Assembly (NCBI GenBank): GCA_964016885.1
Contig: OZ024742.1
Coordinates: forward strand, 92,814,001 to 92,878,000
Reading direction: 5' to 3'
Source of the DNA: Eledone cirrhosa
Taxonomy: Eukaryota
DNA length: 64,000 nucleotides
The translations under genes and the position numbers were made by a program. Positions 27,098-40,935 of this stretch are shown piece by piece; the stretch's first letter is position 1, and each line of letters begins with the position of its first letter. The notes beneath the pieces were generated by a model, which saw nothing but the letters and a program-made list of their open reading frames with translations, was not told the DNA's origin and made no database searches.

Positions 27098-30000
27098 CCT
27101 CCCACTATCACACATGTCCACCAAACACCACACCATCCCTCCCACTATCACACATGTCCACCAAAACACCACTCCATCCCTCCCACTATCACACATATCC
27201 ACCAAACACCACTCCCTCCCTCCCTCCCTCCCACTATCACACCTGTCCACCAAACACCACTCCATCCCTCCCACTATCACACATGTCCACCAAACACCAC
27301 TCCCTCACTCCCACTATCACACATGTCCACCAAACACCATTCCCTCCCTCCCTCCCACTATCACACATGTCCACCAAACACCATTCCCTCCCTCCCTCAC
27401 ACTATCCCACATGTCCACCAAACACCACTCCATCCCTCACACTATCACACATGTCCACCAAACACCACTCCATCCCTCCCACTATCACACATGTCCACCA
27501 AACACCATTCCCTCCCTCCCTCCCACTATCACACATATCCACCAAACACCACTACCTCCCTCCCTCCCACTATCACACATGTCCACCAAAACCACTCCCT
27601 CCCTCCCACTATCACCCATGTCCACCAAACACCACTCCCTCCCTCCCACTATCACACATGTCCACCAAACACCACTCCATCCCTCCCACTATCACACATG
27701 TCCACCAAACACCACTCCCTCCCTCCCACTATCACACATGTCCACCAAATTCCACTCCATCCCTCCCACTATCACACATGTCCACCAAACACAACTCCCT
27801 CCCTCCCACTATCACACATGACCACCAAACACCACTCCATCCCTCCCACTATCACACATGTCTACCAAACACCACTCCAACCCTCCCACTATCACACATG
27901 TCCACCAAACACCACTTCATCCCTCCCACTATCACACATGTCCACCAAACAACACCCCCTCCCTCCCACTATCACACATGTCCACCAAACACCACTCCAT
28001 CCTTCACACTATCACACATGTCCACCAAACACCACTCCATCCCTCCCACTATCACACATGTCTACCAAACACCACTCCATCTTTCACACTATCACACATG
28101 TCCACCAAACACCACTCCATCCCTCCCACTATCACACATGTCTACCAAACACCACTCCATCCCTCCCACTATCACACATGTCTACCAAACACCACTCCAT
28201 CCCTCCCACTATCACACATGTCCACCAAACACCACTCCATCCTTCACACTATCACACATGTCCACCAAACACCACCCCATCCTTCACACTATCACACATG
28301 TCCCCCAAAACACCACTCCATCCTTCACACTATCACACATCTCCACCAAAACACCACTCTATCCCTCCCACTATCACACATGTTCACCAAACACCACTCC
28401 ATCCCTCCCACTATCACACATGTCCACCAAAACACCACTCCATCCTTCACACTATCACACATGTCCACCAAACACCACTCCACCCCTCCCACTGTCACAC
28501 ATGTCCACCAAACACCACTCCCTCCCTCACACTATCACACATGTCCACCAAACACCACTCCATCCCTCACACTATCACACATGTCCACCAAACACCACTC
28601 CCTCCCTCCCACTATCACACATGTCTACCAAACACCACTCCATCCCTCCCACTATCATACATGTTCACCAAACACCACTCCCTCCCTCCCACTATCACAC
28701 ATGTCCACCACAACATCACTCCATCCTTCACACTATCACACATGTCCACCAAACACCACTCCATCCCTCACACTATCACACATGTCCACCAAAACACCAC
28801 TCCATCCCTCCCACTATCATACATGTTAACCAAACACCACTCCCTCCCTCCCACTATCCCACATGTCCACCAAACACCACTCCATCCCTCACACTATCAC
28901 ACATGTCCACCAAACACCACTTCATCCCTCACACTATCACACATGTCCACCAAACACCACTCCATCCCTCACACTATCACACATGTCCACCAAAACAACA
29001 CTCCATCCTTCACACTATCACACATGTCCACCAAACACCACTCCATCCCTCACACTATCACACATGTCCACCAAAACACCACTCCATCCTTCACACTATC
29101 ACACATGTCCACCAAACACCACTCCATCCCTCACACTATCACACATGTCCACCAAACACCACTCCATCCCTCACACTATCATACATGTCCACCAAACACC
29201 ACTCCATCCTTCACACTATCACACATGTCCACCAAAACACCACTCCATCCTTCACACTATCACACATGTCCACCAAACACCACTCCATCCCTCCCACTAT
29301 CATACATGTTCACCAAACACCACTCCCTCCCTCCCACTATCACACATGTCCACCACAACATCACTCCATCCTTCACACTATCACACATGTCCACCAAACA
29401 CCACTCCATCCCTCACACTATCACACATGTCCACCAAAACACCACTCCATCCCTCCCACTATCATACATGTTCACCAAACACCACTCACTCCCTCCCACT
29501 ATCCCACATGTCCACCAAACACTACTCCATCCCTCACACTATCACACATGTCCACCAAACACCACTTCATCCCTCACACTATCACACATGTCCACCAAAC
29601 ACCACTCCATCCCTCACACTATCACACATGTCCACCAAAACAACACTCCATCCTTCACACTATCACACATGTCCACCAAACACCACTCCATCCCTCACAC
29701 TATCATACATGTCCACCAAAACACCACTCCATCCTTCACACTATCCCACATGTCCACCAAACACCACTCCATCCCTCACACTATCACACATGTCCACCAA
29801 ACACCACTCCATCCCTCACACTATCACACATGTCCACCAAACACCACTCCATCCCTCACACTATCACACATATCCACCAAACACCACGCCCTCCCTCCCT
29901 CCCACTATCACACATGTCCACCAAACACCACTCCCTCCCTCCCACTATCACACATGTCCACCAAACACCACTCCCTCCCTCACACTATCACACATGTCCA

Positions 30001-33000
30001 CCAAACACCACTCCATCCCTCACACTATCACACATGTCCACCAAACACCACTCCCTCCCTCCCACTATCACACATGTCTACCAAACACCACTCCATCCCT
30101 CCCACTATCACACATGTCCACGAAACACCACTTCATCCCTCCCACTATCACACATGTCCACCAAACAACACTCCCTCCCTCCCACTATCACACATGTCTA
30201 TCAAACACCACTCTATCCCTCCCACTATCACACATGTCTACCAAACACCACTCCATCCCTTCCACTATCACACATGTCCACCAAACACCACTCCATCCTT
30301 CACACTATCACACATGTCCACCAAACACCACTCCATCCTTCACACTATCACACATGTCTACCAAAACACCACTCCATCCCTCACACTATCACACATGTCC
30401 ACCAAACACCACTCCATCCCTCCCACTATCACACATGTCCACCAAACACCACTCCATCCCTCCCACTATCACACATGTTCACCAAACACCACTCCATCCC
30501 TCCCACTAACACACATGTCCACCAAAACACCACTCCATCCTTCACACTATCACACATCTCCACCAAAACACCACTCCATCCCTCCCACTATCACACATGT
30601 TCACCAAACACCACTCCCTCCCTCCCACTATCACACATGTCCACCACAACATCACTCCCTCCCTCCCACTATCACACATGTCCACCAAACACCACTCCAC
30701 CCCTCCCACTATCACACATGTCCACCAAACAGCACTCCATCCCTCCCACTATCACACATGTCCACCAAACACCACTCCATCCTTCACACTATCACACATG
30801 TCCACCAAACACCACTCCATCCTTCACACTATCACACATGTCCACCAAACACCACTCTATCCTTCACACTATCACACTTGTCCACCAAAACACCACTCCA
30901 TCCTTCACACTATCACACATGTCCACCAAACACCACTCCATCCCTCACACTATCACACATGTCCACCAAACACCACTCCATCCCTCACACTATCACACAT
31001 GTCTACCAAACACCACTCCATCCCTCCCACTATCACACATGTCCACCAAACACCACTCCATCCCTCACACTATCACACATGTCCACCAAAACACCACACC
31101 ATCCTTCACACTATCACACATGTCCACCAAACACCACTCCATCCCTCACACTATCACACATGTCCACCAAACACCACTCCCTCCCTCCCACTATCACACA
31201 TGTCTACCAAACACCACTCCATCCCTCCCACTATCACACATGTCCACGAAACACCACTTCATCCCTCCCACTATCACACATGTCCACCAAACAACACTCC
31301 CTCCCTCCCACTATCACACATGTCTATCAAACACCACTCTATCCCTCCCACTATCACACATGTCTACCAAACACCACTCCATCCCTCCCACTATCACACA
31401 TGTCCACCAAACACCACTCCATCCTTCACACTATCACACATGTCCACCAAACACCACTCCATCCTTCACACTATCACACATGTCTACCAAAACACCACTC
31501 CATCCCTCACACTATCACACATGTCCACCAAACACCACTCCATCCCTCCCACTATCACACATGTCCACCAAACACCACTCCATCCCTCCCACTATCACAC
31601 ATGTTCACCAAACACCACCCATCCCTCCCACTAACACACATGTCCACCAAAACACCACTCCATCCTTCACACTATCACACATCTCCACCAAAACACCACT
31701 CCATCCCTCCCACTATCACACATGTTCACCAAACACCACTCCCTCCCTCCCACTATCACACATGTCCACCACAACATCACTCCCTCCCTCCCACTATCAC
31801 ACATGTCCACCAAACACCACTCCACCCCTCCCACTATCACACATGTCCACCAAACAGCACTCCATCCCTCCCACTATCACACATGTCCACCAAACACCAC
31901 TCCATCCTTCACACTATGACACATGTCCACCAAACACCACTCCATCCCTCCCACTAACACACATGTCCACCAAAACACCACTCCATCCTTCACACTATCA
32001 CACATCTCCACCAAAACACCACTCCATCCCTCCCACTATCACACATGTTCACCAAACACCACTCCCTCCCTCCCACTATCACACATGTCCACCACAACAT
32101 CACTCCCTCCCTCCCACTATCACACATGTCCACCAAACACCACTCCACCCCTCCCACTATCACACATGTCCACCAAACAGCACTCCATCCCTCCCACTAT
32201 CACACATGTCCACCAAACACCACTCCATCCTTCACACTATCACACATGTCCACCAAACACCACTCCATCCTTCACACTATCACACATGTCCACCAAACAC
32301 CACTCTATCCTTCACACTATCACACTTGTCCACCAAAACACCACTCCATCCTTCACACTATCACACATGTCCACCAAACACCACTCCATCCCTCACACTA
32401 TCACACATGTCCACCAAACACCACTCCATCCCTCACACTATCACACATGTCTACCAAACACCACTCCATCCCTCCCACTATCACACATGTCCACCAAACA
32501 CCACTCCATCCCTCACACTATCACACATGTCCACCAAAACACCACACCATCCTTCACACTATCACACATGTCCACCAAACACCACTCCATCCCTCACACT
32601 ATCACACATGTCCACCAAACACCACTCCCTCCCTCCCACTATCACACATGTCTACCAAACACCACTCCATCCCTCCCACTATCACACATGTCCACGAAAC
32701 ACCACTTCATCCCTCCCACTATCACACATGTCCACCAAACAACACTCCCTCCCTCCCACTATCACACATGTCTATCAAACACCACTCTATCCCTCCCACT
32801 ATCACACATGTCTACCAAACACCACTCCATCCCTCCCACTATCACACATGTCCACCAAACACCACTCCATCCTTCACACTATCACACATGTCCACCAAAC
32901 ACCACTCCATCCTTCACACTATCACACATGTCTACCAAAACACCACTCCATCCCTCACACTATCACACATGTCCACCAAACACCACTCCATCCCTCCCAC

Positions 33001-35990
33001 TATCACACATGTCCACCAAACACCACTCCATCCCTCCCACTATCACACATGTTCACCAAACACCACCCATCCCTCCCACTAACACACATGTCCACCAAAA
33101 CACCACTCCATCCTTCACACTATCACACATCTCCACCAAAACACCACTCCATCCCTCCCACTATCACACATGTTCACCAAACACCACTCCCTCCCTCCCA
33201 CTATCACACATGTCCACCACAACATCACTCCCTCCCTCCCACTATCACACATGTCCACCAAACACCACTCCACCCCTCCCACTATCACACATGTCCACCA
33301 AACAGCACTCCATCCCTCCCACTATCACACATGTCCACCAAACACCACTCCATCCTTCACACTATGACACATGTCCACCAAACACCACTCCATCCTTCAC
33401 ACTATCACACATGTCCACCAAACACCACTCTATCCTTCACACTATCACACTTGTCCACCAAAACACCACTCCATCCTTCACACTATCACACATGTCCACC
33501 AAACACCACTCCATCCCTCACACTATCACACATGTCCACCAAACACCACTCCATCCCTCACACTATCACACATGTCTACCAAACACCACTCCATCCCTCC
33601 CACTATCACACATGTCCACCAAACACCACTCCATCCCTCCCACTATCACACATGTCCACCAAACACCACTCCATCCCTCACACTATCACACATGTCCACC
33701 AAACACCACTACATCCCTCACACTATCACACATGTCTACCAAACACCACTCCATCCCTCACACTATCACACATGTCTACCAAATACAACTCCATCCCTCC
33801 CACTATCACACATGTCCACCAAACACCACTCCATCCCTCCCACTATCACACATGTCCACCAAACACCACTCCATCCCTCACACTATCACACATGTCTACC
33901 AAAACACCACTCCATCCTTCACACTATCACACATGTCCACCAAACACCACTCCATCCCTCACACTATCACACATGTCCACCAAACACCACTCCATCCCTC
34001 ACACTATCACACATGTCTACCAAACACCACTCCATCCCTCCCACTATCACACATGTCCACCAAACACCACTCCATCCCTCCCACTATCACACATGTCCAC
34101 CAAACACCACTCCATCCCTCACACTATCACACATGTCCACCAAACACCACTCCATCCCTCACACTATCACACATGTCTACCAAACACCACTCCATCCCTC
34201 CCACTATCACACATGTTCACCAAACACCACTCCATCCCTCACACTATCACACATGTCCACCAAAACACCACTCCATCCTTCACACTATCACACATGTCCA
34301 CCACAACACCACTCTATCCTTCACACTATCACAGATGTCCACCAAAACACCACTCCATCCTTCACACTATCACACATGTCCACCACAACACCACTCTATC
34401 CTTCACACTATCACAGATGTCCACCAAAACACCACTCCATCCCTCCCACTATCACACATGTTCACCAACCACCACTCCATCCCTCACACTATCACACATG
34501 TCTACCAAAACACCACTCCATCCCTCCCACTATCACACATGTTCACCAAACACCACTCCATCCCTCACACTATCACACATGTCCACCAAAACACCACTCC
34601 ATCCTTCACACTATCACACATGTCCACCAAAACACCACTCCATCCTTCACACTATCACACATGTTCACCAAAACACCACTCCATCCTTCACACTATCACA
34701 CATGTCCACCAAAATACCACTCCATCCTTCACACTATCACACATGTCCACCAAAACACCACTCCATCCTTCACACTATCACACATGTCTACCAAAACACC
34801 ACTCCATCCTTCACACTATCACACATGTCCACCAAAACACCACTCCATCCTTCACACTATCACACATGTCCACCAAAACACCACTCCATCCTTCACACTA
34901 TCACACATGTCCACCAAAACACCACTCCATCCTTCACACTATCACACATGTCCACCAAAACACCACTCCATCCTTCACACTATCACACATGTCTACCAAA
35001 ACACCACTCCATCCTTCACACTATCACACATGTCCACCAAACACTACTCCACCCCCCCCCCCCACTATCACACATGTCCACCAAACACCACTCCATCCTT
35101 CACACTATCACACATCTTCACCAAACACCACTCCATCCCTCACACTATCACACATGTCCACCAAAACACCACTCCATCCTTCACACTATCACACATGTCC
35201 ACCAAAACACCACTCCATCCCTCACACTATCACACATGTCCACCAAAACACCACTCCATCCTTCACACTATCACACATGTCCACCAAAACACCACTCCAT
35301 CCTTCACACTATCACACATGTCCACCAAACACTACTCCATCCCCCCCCCCCACTATCACACATGTCCACCAAACACCACTCCATCCTTCACACTATCACA
35401 CATCTTCACCAAACACCACTCCATCCCTCACACTATCACACATGTCCACCAAAACACCACTCCATCCTTCACACTATCACACATGTCCACCAAAACACCA
35501 CTCCATCCCTCACACTATCACACATGTCCACCAAAACACCACTCCATCCTTCACACTATCACACATGTCCACCAAACACCACTCCATCCCTCACACTATA
35601 ATACATGTCCACCAAAACACCACTCCATCCTTCACACTATCACACATGTCCACCAAAACACCACTCCATCCTTCACACTATCACACATGTCCACCAAAAC
35701 ACCACTCCATCCTTCACACTATCACACATGTCCACGAAACACCACTCCATCCCTCACACTATAATACATGTCCACCAAAACACCACTCCATCCTTCACAC
35801 TATCACACATGTCCACCAAAACACCACTCCATCCTTCACACTATTACACATGTCCACCAAAACACCACTCCATCCTTCAGACTATCACACATGTCCACCA
35901 AAACACCACTCCATCCTTCACACTATCACACTTGTCCACCAAACATCACTCCATCCTTCACACTATCACACATGTCCACCAAACTAAAAT
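27098..35990 (+). repeat. 40/41-bp satellite array (CACTATCACACATGTCCACCAAACACCACTCCATCCCTCC), roughly 220 copies
   Basis: Continuous periodicity. It produces the 2836, 1544 and 1354 aa artefactual ORFs. Confidence 0.98.
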
Positions 35991-36279
35991 CCATTCACCC
36001 TGTTATCACATTCCCACCCACATAATGTAGAGAGGACTTTTCAGTTTAGTCAATGACCAAAAACTTCCCAAATGCTTGTGGTGCCACAATGCAATGGACC
36101 CAGTACACTTTGTAAAGGGGCTGGCGTTAAGAAGGACATTCAGCCATAGAAAACTCATTAAATAAAGGATTGAGAGATCTCTTTGGTCATATCAAATACT
36201 TGACAATTTCCCTAGTGCAGGTGACATGATAAAATGCACTTTGTGCCCTCTGTAGAGTGCAGGAATATATGTAAATAAA

Positions 36280-37610
36280 ATTAACCTGGCTAAGACCAAA
36301 GTTCTAGTTTGTAGGAAAGAAAATAAGGCGGCGGTCCCTTCCGGGAAGTGGCCATGCTCAGTGTGTAGGAAAGGCGTAGGTAGAAACTCCATTTTGTGTC
36401 CCAAATGCAAAGTATGGGTGCATAAAAGATGTAGTGGGATCACAGGTAAGCTAACTAAGAACACAGATTTTACATGTGGCCGGTGCTCTGGTGCAATAAG
36501 TAGCAGCAAGTGCCCACAAAATACTAGCTCTTTCAACTGCGCAGAGGGTTCTATAGAAATAGTGGACAGCTTCCGTTACCTGGGTGACAAAATCAGCAGT
36601 GGGGGAGGGTGCTCTGAAAGTACAGTAGCTAGAGTCAGAACTGGATGGAAAAAGTTCAGAGAGCTTATACCACTATTAGCCGCTAAAGGGTTCTCCCTAA
36701 AAATGAAAGGCAGGTTGTATGATGCCTGCATACGAACAGCAATGTTGCATGGCAGTGAGACCTGGGCATTGTGTGCAGAGGATATACGCAGACTAGAGAG
36801 GAATGAAGCTTGCATGCTCCGCTGGATGTGTAATAGTAATATACGTGAATGGCAAAGCATAAACGAACTAAGGAAAAAATTAGAAATAAGAGGGGTCAGA
36901 TGTTGTTTACTCGAGAGAAGGCTACGTTGGTATGGTCACGTGATGCGCATGAAAGACGATAGCTGTATAACAAAGTGCAGGGCAATAAAGATAGACGGTA
37001 GTCACGGAATAGGCAGACCCAGAAAAACCTGGGACGAGCTGATAAATTCCGACCTCACACACTTACACCTCTCCAAGACAATGTCACTGGACCGAGACCT
37101 TTGGCGGTACTCAGTAAGAGAAGACCCGCCTTACCTAAATACAAAGTAAAACCTACTACAGTCAGTAGGCATCTCTAACAAAATACAGCCCCGTCCCACC
37201 ACCCCCACCCCATCCACACCGCCCCTTTCAATGTAAAGTTATGTTGGTGCCACAACATCCAGGCCGAAACAAATGAGAACGCTGTAATGTGGCCGTGTAG
37301 GCAACATGGTAAAAACCTCCCAGCCCCACACTGTAAATGTGGTTGGTGTTAGGAAGGGCATCCAGCTGTAGAAAACCCGCCAGACAGTCCACACTGTAAT
37401 GTGGCTGTGTAGGCAACACAGTAAAAACCTCCCAGCCCCACACTGTAAATGTGGTTGGTGTTAGGAAGGGCATCCAGCTGTAGAAAACCCGCCAGACAGT
37501 CCTATGCGAGCAAGACAATCACTCTTGCCTCAAGTGGGAAAACCCCCGTCCAAACCCATGCAAGCGTGGAACACGGACGTTAAACGTTGATGATGATGAT
37601 GATGATGATG
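36280..37610 (+). mobile_element. 5'-truncated RTE LINE with PHD-type finger (ORF 36361-37149) and an internal 3' UTR duplication
   Basis: NLAKTKVL..WPCSVC..CPKCKVWVHKRC..CGRC..FRYLG..RRLRWYGH..GRPRKTW, ending in a (GAT)n tail. Confidence 0.92.
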
Positions 37611-37759
37611 AGATATCTCCCCTCAAGAGTCCCATCTATGATGTCAGTAGCTCCAATTAGGTACTAACTTGGTTTGTAATGAGTCATCCAATCCTTGCTT
37701 CTAGAGAAAAAAACGGTTGTTAAATGATGATGATGTAGTACAATGTGCTTCTACACAGC

Positions 37760-37890
37760 TTTGGTCTACTAAATTTCACTTACAAGGTATTGGTCAACCC
37801 AAGACTTTACCCAAGCTGCTGTATTATAGGACTGAATTTGAAACCACTTGGTTGTGAAGCAATCTCCTTAATCACAGAGATATACCTGCA
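37760..37890 (-). mobile_element. Degenerate SINE head (third family), with a related copy at ~55300-55430
   Basis: Reverse complement has a tRNA-like GGTTTCAAATTCAGTCC followed by CTTGGGTAAAGTC. Confidence 0.45.
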
Positions 37891-37892
37891 CT

Positions 37893-38245
37893 TATTTGGC
37901 TACTATTTTTAACAAATATTTCAAAGCTCCCATGCTGACTGGACATCAATATGGTTTGATTTGAGTGAGATATGGCTACTATTTCTAGTAAGTTTTGGGT
38001 GACCAAATAGAATATCTTGTGCTGGTTCAACATAACAAGGGTGTTGAGAGAGATTTGCTTACTATTTCAAGCATGTTGACTCAATTTTGCTAGAGTAAGA
38101 TTTGCGGGAGAATTTGCTGTTATTTCTAGTAAATATCTTGAGTAACTTTTTAGAGTTTCCCTTATTGCCTGAATAATGCTAGGTTGTGATTAGAGGAAAA
38201 TTTGGTTACTATTTCTAGCAATCACATATTCTCCTATGCTGGCTC
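37893..38245 (+). repeat. Diverged repeat, about 5 copies of TTTGGCTACTATTTCTAGCA spaced 60-90 bp
   Basis: Motif at ~37895, 37972, 38053, 38112 and 38200. Confidence 0.55.
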
Positions 38246-38809
38246 AACACTATAGCAATAAAATTAGTAGACACAAACACATAAATTCTTTTCCTTAAAA
38301 CCAAACCAAAATCAGAATCATCAATAAAATATTTTGATCTAGTAACTTCCATTTGTGTTGGAAATTTGGGAATTGCACTAACACATTAATGTCACCTCAG
38401 AGGTGACTGAAAAGAATATGGGAAATTTCTATATATATTCATAGCTTGACCTAACCTCAAGGGTACATTCAAAGGTTGTAAAATCATTGTTCGATGTCCC
38501 GGGAGGAAGATTTTGACAACATAATGAGAAAAAAGAAAATTACACTTTAATTTATGATCAGTAATTCTTGTTTTCATATTATTTTTTCCTCCCTAGATCC
38601 TCTCCTTTCTTAAATTCTGGTAAGGTAGCACCTCAACCCCACAGACCTTTGTTTATGTTTTGTCTGTTAAAGCCAAAGGTATTGTTTTGATTCTGATTAG
38701 TAGATCGGTAATTTGGTATCTATATTTTACTTCATTTTTCTGTACAATGATAAAAATGATGATTTTGATCATCATATTCTTTTTCATTGTCACAATAATT
38801 AATGTTATC

Positions 38810-39260
38810 GTCATTATTGGTGCTACTTTTGTGGGCAGCGGGCCAAATACTTGCCTTATTGTGTTGTATAATGCCTTCTCTGCAGTTATAAACTCTCTGC
38901 ATCTCTGCAGAAACTTCAGACCACCAATTATTCTTCATCTTTCGAATTTTACATTGCCATTTTGACTTTGTTTCTTTGAAGGCCTTCTCAAATATGGTCT
39001 TCACTGGACCCTCTGCAGTATGGCACTTTTCAAACAACTTGTTTTTCTCTTCAAGGGGATTACAGCATCATGATTACAGCATCATCATCATCATCATCAT
39101 CATCAAACCAGTCTCAGCATTTTGTCTTCTTAAGACTGAGTACATCAACTCCAACACTGTAAACCCATTTTTTAAACTGCTCCTAAGAGCCATCAACGAC
39201 AATGTTATCAAGTGCATTATGAAGAGTATCTCGCATTTCTAGACTTTGCAGTTTGGACAC
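38810..39260 (-). mobile_element. Old RTE/BovB-like LINE fragment (linker between APE and RT)
   Basis: Minus strand reads FKKWVYSVGVDVL..DWFDDD..KIRKMKNNWWSEVSAEMQ. Confidence 0.65.
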
Positions 39261-39317
39261 ATCTATACGTTTCAGCACATGCCCCTGCTTCCATCACTTA
39301 CATATATGCATACATAC

Positions 39318-39455
<138 letters not shown>

Positions 39456-39484
39456 AATATGAATATATATGAATATATATATAT

Positions 39485-39870
39485 GAAGGCACATGGCTTA
39501 GCGGTTTGAGCATTCGATTTGCAATCTTGAGGTTGTGCGTTTGATTCCTGAACTGTGTGATGTGTTGTGTCCTTGAGCAAGAAACTTTATTTTATGTTAC
39601 TCCAATTCACTCAGCTGCAGAAATGAGTTTTATTGGCCTTTGCCTTTCTCTTGGACAACATTAGTGGCTTAAAGATGGGTGACTAGTATGCAAAAACACC
39701 TTGCCTGGGGAAGGGCATCCGGCTGTAGAAATCAAGCCAGAATCAGTTCCCGTATGAGCAAGACAAGATCAGTCGACCAGACACTGCCCACAACAGGACA
39801 ACACATCTAACCCATGCTAGCATGGAAGAAAGGACGTAAAACGGTGATGATGATGATGATGATGATGATG
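39485..39870 (+). mobile_element. tRNA-head CORE-like SINE with RTE-type tail (family A variant)
   Basis: TGGCTTAGCGGTTTGAG, GTGTCCTTGAGCAAG, CTCAGCTGCAGAAATGAG. The tail matches the 8385 copy. Confidence 0.85.
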
Positions 39871-40504
39871 ATATATATTTATATACACATACATATATAT
39901 ATATATATATATGTATATGTAATGGTGCCCCAACATGGCTGCAGTCAAATGTCTGAGACCATTAAAAGAGTAAATATATACATGCATGCATATAAACATA
40001 TACAGAAACTTACATACATACATACATAGATACATATACAGATACATACATAGATAGATACATAGATATATATACATATATATAGCTTCTATAACTTATA
40101 TAGTTGTTCATTTTATTTATTTTTATTAAAGAAAGCCAAATAAAAAAAACAACAAAAATATATTTGTTGCCAGTTTAATTGACATTTGTATTGGTTATAT
40201 CTCCTACTTCGTGTAACCATATAATCAATACTTGGAGTTCTAATCCTGTCTTGATTGGCTTGCTTTGCTTCACTGAATATTGGTATTTAACTCATGATCT
40301 GTGTTGATTAGCTACGCTCCTCGTGCTTTCTTTCCCCTACTACTTTCACTTACTTCTCACCCCAAATCTATAGAGTTTCACATCCATTGCACCTTGAAAA
40401 ACTTATTTCCTTAATATTACCACCATCAATCAATGCCACAAACAGCTGTACTCCATTTGCCATTTCTTACTGACTACATAAGCACCATTACTACTGTTGT
40501 AATA

Positions 40505-40641
40505 TTAATAATAATAAAAATAATGTTTCTACATTTGGCACAAGGCCAGCAATTACCCCAGTGCATTTCTGATACTTTATTTTATTGACCCCCGTAAGGA
40601 TGAAAGGCAAAGCTAACCTCGGCAGGATTTGAACTCAGTAC

Positions 40642-40642
<1 letters not shown>
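40505..40642 (-). mobile_element. SINE family B, cut just upstream of its B box by the Tx1 tail
   Basis: Nearly identical to 51305-51428. Confidence 0.8.
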
Positions 40643-40692
<50 letters not shown>

Positions 40693-40935
40693 TTTTCTTT
40701 ATTAACCACAAGGGTTTACATAAAGTAGACATTAAGGACAGTACAGGACAATACAGGGCGGTACAAATGGGCATTTCTGCGTGTAAAAAAAACAGAGGTT
40801 GAAATAAAATAACAAAGAAAAATTCCCCAATAGGGGGGAGACTTCCGAGTGACATTTGTGGAGAAAGCCCATTAAAAGACCACAGTGGCCCTGACCACCA
40901 GGGCAAGTGCCCTCTCCCAGTTTTCCACCTTTAAT

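Noticed and set aside
11139-35990. CRISPR-like arrays
   Set aside because: The units are contiguous with no unique spacers, there are no cas genes and the context is eukaryotic.
27091-36030. 2836, 1544, 1354 and 797 aa ORFs as real genes
   Set aside because: All three frames are open simply because the 40-bp unit lacks stop codons. There is no unique N- or C-terminal domain, and indels are tolerated freely.
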